NCBI GenBank assembly: GCA_964016885.1
Contig: OZ024743.1
Location: 132,866,001-132,930,000 of the forward strand
Direction: 5' to 3'
Length of the DNA: 64,000 bases
Source of the DNA: Eledone cirrhosa
Lineage: Eukaryota
The first letter of the stretch is position 1. Each line of letters opens with the position of its first letter. Made by a program: the position numbers and the translations under genes. Shown here one piece after another: positions 60,901 through 64,000 of this stretch. The notes beneath the pieces are model-generated. The model did not search any database. It saw nothing but the letters and a program-made list of their open reading frames with translations, and had not been told where the DNA came from.

Positions 60901-63900
60901 TGGTGTTTGGTGTTTGCTTTTTGGTGCTTGGTGTTCGGTGCTTGGTGCTTGGTGTTTGGTGCTTGGTGTTCGGTGCTTAGTGCTTGGTGTTTGGTGCCTG
61001 GTGCTTGGTGCTTGGTGCTTGGTGTTTGGTGTTTGGTGCTTGGTGCTTGGAGTTTGGTGTTTGGTGCTTGGTGCTTGGTGTTTCGTGTTTCGTGTTTGGT
61101 TTTTGGTGCTTGGTGCTTGGTGCTTGGTCCTTGGTGTTTGGTGTTTGCTGCTTGGTGTTTGATGCTTGGTGCTTGGTGCTTGGTGTTTGTACTTGGTGAT
61201 TGGTGTTTGGTTCTTGGTTCTTGGTGTTTGGTGTTTGGCGTTTGGTGTTTGGTGCTTGGTGCTTGGTGTTTGGTGCTTGGTGCTTGGTGTTTGGTGCCTG
61301 GTGCTTGGTGCTTGGTGTTTGGTGTTTGGTGCTTGGTGCTTGGTGCTTGGAGTTTGGTGTTTGGTGCTTGGTGCTTTGTGTTTTGTGTTTGGTGTTTGGT
61401 TTTTGGTGCTTGGTGCTTGGTCCTTGGTGTTTGGTGCTGGGTGCTTTGTGTTTGGTGCTTGGTGCTTGGTGTTTGGTGTTTGCTGCTTGGTGTTTGATGC
61501 TTGGTGCTTGGTGCTTGGTGTTTTGTGTTTGGTGCTTGGTTCTTGGTGTTTGGTGCTTGGTGCTTGGTACTTGGTGTTTGTACTTGGTGCTTGGTGCTTG
61601 GTGTTTGGTTCTTGGTTCTTGGTGTTTGGTACTTGGTGCTTCGTGCTTGATGTTTGGTGTTTGGTGCTTGGTGTTTGGTGCTTGGTGCTTGGTGCTTGGT
61701 GTTAGGTGTTTGGTGCTTGGTCCTTGGTGTTTGGTGCTTGGTGTTTGGTGTTTGCTGTTTGGTGTTTGGTGTTTGGTGTTTGGTGTTTGCTGTTTGGTGT
61801 CTGCTTTTTGGTGTTCAGTGTTTGCTGTATGGTGTTTGGTGTTTGCTGTTTGGTGTTTGGTCTTTGGTCCTTGGTGTTTGGTGCTTGGTGCTTGGTGTTT
61901 GGTGTTTGGTGCTTGGTGCTTGGTGTTTGGTGTTTGGTGCTTGGTGTTTGGTGTTTGGTGCTTGGTGTCTGGTGCTTGGTGTTTGGTTTTTGGTGCTTGG
62001 TGTTTGGTGTTTGGTGTTTGGTGTTTGGTGCTTGGTGCTTGGTGTTTGGTGTTTGGTGCTTGGTGTCTGGTGCTTGGTGTTTGGTGTTTGGTGCTTGGTG
62101 TTTGGTGTTTGGTGTTTGGTGCTTGGTGCTTGGTGCTTGGTGTTTGGTGTTTGGTGCTTGGTGTTTGGTGCTTGGTGCTGGGTGGTTGGTGTTTGGTGCT
62201 TGTTGTTTGGTGCTGGGTGCTTGGTGTTTGGTGCTGGGTGCTTGGTGTTTGGTGCTTGGTGCTTGGTCTTTGGTGCTTGGTGTTTGGTGCTTGGTGCTTG
62301 GTGCTTGGCGTTTGGTGGTTGGTGCTTGGTATTTGGTGCTTGGTGCTTAGTGTTTGGTTTTTGGTGCTTGGTGCTTGGTGTTTGGTGTTTGGTGCTTGCT
62401 GCTGGCTGCTTGGTGTTTGATGCATGGTGATTGGTGCTTGGTGTTTGGTGCTTGGTGTTTGGTGTTTGATGCTTGGTGCTTGGTGCTTGGTGTTTGGTGC
62501 TTGGTGCTTGGTGTTTGGTGCTTGGTGCTTGGTGTTTGGTGCTTGGTGTTTGGTGCTTGGTGCTTGGTGCTTGGTGATTGGTGTTTGGTGGTTGGTGCTT
62601 GGTGCTTGGTGTTAGGTGTTTGGTGCTTGGTGCTTGGTGTTTGGTGTTTGGTGCTTGGTGTTTGGTGTTTGGTGCTTGGTGTTTGGTGCTTGGTACTTGG
62701 TGCTTGGTGCTTGGTGTTAGGTGTTTGGTGCTTGGTGCTTGGTGTCTGGTTTTTGGTGCTTGGTGCTTGGTGTTTGGTGTGTGGTGCTTGCTGCTGGCTG
62801 CTTGGTGTTTGGTGCTTGGTGATTGGTGCTTGGTGTTTGGTGTTTGGTGTTTGGTGTTTGGTGCTTGGTGATTGGTGTTTGTACTTGGTGCTTGGTGCTT
62901 GGTTCTTGGTGTTTGGTGCTTGGTGCTTGGTGTTTGGTGTTATATGCTTGGTGTTTGATGCTTGGTGCTTGGTGCTTGGTGCTTGGTGTTTGGTGTTTGG
63001 TGTTTGATGCTTGGTGCTTGGCGTTTGGTGCTTGGTGCTTGGTGTTTGTACTTGGTGCTTGGTGCTTGGTGCTTGGTGTTTGGTGCTTGGTGCTTGGTGC
63101 TTGGTGCTTGGTGCTTGGTGTTTGGTGGTTGGTGTTTGGTGCTTGGTGTTAGGTGCTTGGTGCTTGGTGCTTGGTGTTTGGTGTTTGGTGCTTGGTGTTT
63201 GGTGTTTGGTGCTTGGTATTTGGTGCTTGGTACTTGGTGCTTGGTGCTTGGTGTTAGGTGTTTGGTGCTTGGTGTTTGGTGCTTGGTGTTTGGTGCTTGG
63301 TGCTTGGTGCTTGGTGCTTGGTGCTTGGTGTTTGGTGGTTGGTGTTTGGTGCTTGGTGTTTGGTGCTTGGTGTTAGGTGCTTGGTGATTGGTGCTTGGTG
63401 TTTGGTGTTTGGTGCTTGGTGTTTGGTGTTTGGTGCTTGGTGTTTGGTGCTTTTTGCTTGGTGCTTGGTGCTTGGTGTTTGGTGCTGGGTGCTTGGTGCT
63501 TGGTGTTTGGTGTTATATGCTTGGTGTTTGATGCTTGGTGCTTGGTGCTTGGTGTTTGGTGTTTGGTGCTTGGTGTTTGATGCTTGGTGCTTGGTGCTTG
63601 GTGTTTGGTGCTTGGTGCTTGGTGTTTGGTGCTTGGTGCTTGGTGTTTGGTGCTTGGTGTTTGGTGCTTGGTGTTTGGTGCTTGGTGCTTGGTGCTTGGG
63701 GCTTGGTGTTTGGTGGTTGGTGCTTGGTGCTTGGTATTAGATGTTTGGTGCTTCGTGCTTGGTGTCTGGTTTTTGGTGCTTGGTGCTTGGTGTTTGGTGC
63801 TTGTTGCTGGCTGCTTGGTGTTTGGTGCTTGGTGATTGGTGCTTGGTGTTTGGTGCTTGGTGTTTGGTGTTTGGTGCTTGGTGTTTGTACTTGGTGTTTG

Positions 63901-64000
63901 GTGCTTGGTGTTTGGTGCTAGGTGCTTGGTGTTTGGTGCTTGGTGCTTGGTGTTTGGTGCCTGGTGCTTGGTGTTTGGTGTTTGGTGTTTGGTGCTTGGT
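60760..64000 (+). repeat. Third, partial copy of the 43.4-46.6 kb / 50.9-54.2 kb block
   Basis: Offsets 9814 (50946/60760, 50956/60770) then 9758 (51442/61200, 52596/62354, 53826/63584): an 8-monomer difference. Confidence 0.92.

Larger units (their letters stand above)
1..64000 (+). repeat. Heptamer tandem satellite (TTGGTGY)n, head-to-tail, extending beyond both window edges
   Basis: Every line parses into 7-bp units TTGGTGC/TTGGTGT plus substitution variants (TAGGTGT, TTGATGC, TTGGTGA, TTGGTAC, TTGCTGT, TATATGC etc.). All three + frames translate to the same (LG[AV]WCLV)n heptapeptide and - frames to (TKHQ[AT]P[SN])n, as expected for a 7-bp period. No unique sequence or strand switch seen. 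Confidence 0.99.

Noticed and set aside
1-64000. Hundreds of ORFs on both strands (W/C/L/V/G-rich or T/K/H/Q/P-rich)
   Set aside because: The same heptapeptide appears in all three frames, stops are scattered across frames, 6-bp monomers shift frame freely, and there is no unique domain. This is the expected product of a stop-free 7-mer.
1-64000. CRISPR array
   Set aside because: No repeat/unique-spacer alternation and no cas genes; all sequence derives from the 7-mer.
1-64000. Canonical telomerase-made telomere tract
   Set aside because: No GGG-containing canonical unit, occasional TTAGG is only a point variant, and rare variants are copied in kilobase blocks.
1-64000. Cyanobacterial STRR-type heptamer repeats or a bacterial VNTR
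   Set aside because: Those are short tracts between or within genes; a gene-free array of 64 kb or more does not fit.
1-64000. Pure sequencing noise or synthetic low-complexity sequence
   Set aside because: Rare variants recur in the same order at constant offsets and show nested descent, which random error would not produce. Individual copy numbers could still be misassembled.

Overview
The whole 64 kb window is one uninterrupted, single-orientation heptamer satellite with consensus (TTGGTGY)n, or (RCACCAA)n on the minus strand, about 9,100 monomers. The two main monomers, TTGGTGC and TTGGTGT, are finely interspersed and rare variant monomers act as landmarks. I see no unique sequence, credible gene, RNA gene, transposon or inversion; every ORF in the track is a by-product of a stop-free 7-mer. 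The landmarks reveal a nested higher-order structure of duplications at offsets of 77, 182, 188, 203, 412, 986, 1796, 2124, 2336, about 2510-2552, 2908, about 3470, about 6230-6380, 7558 and about 9760-9810 bp. Where I counted them, these offsets stay in 7-bp register once a recurrent 6-bp monomer (TTGTAC) is allowed for. The array is also layered: the two flanks (about 1-12.5 kb and 43-64 kb) share diagnostic variants that differ from those of the centre (about 12.9-38 kb). The host cannot be identified from the sequence; size and organisation suggest eukaryotic heterochromatic, centromeric or subtelomeric satellite. Offsets come from the ORF track and hand-checked markers, so block boundaries are approximate.
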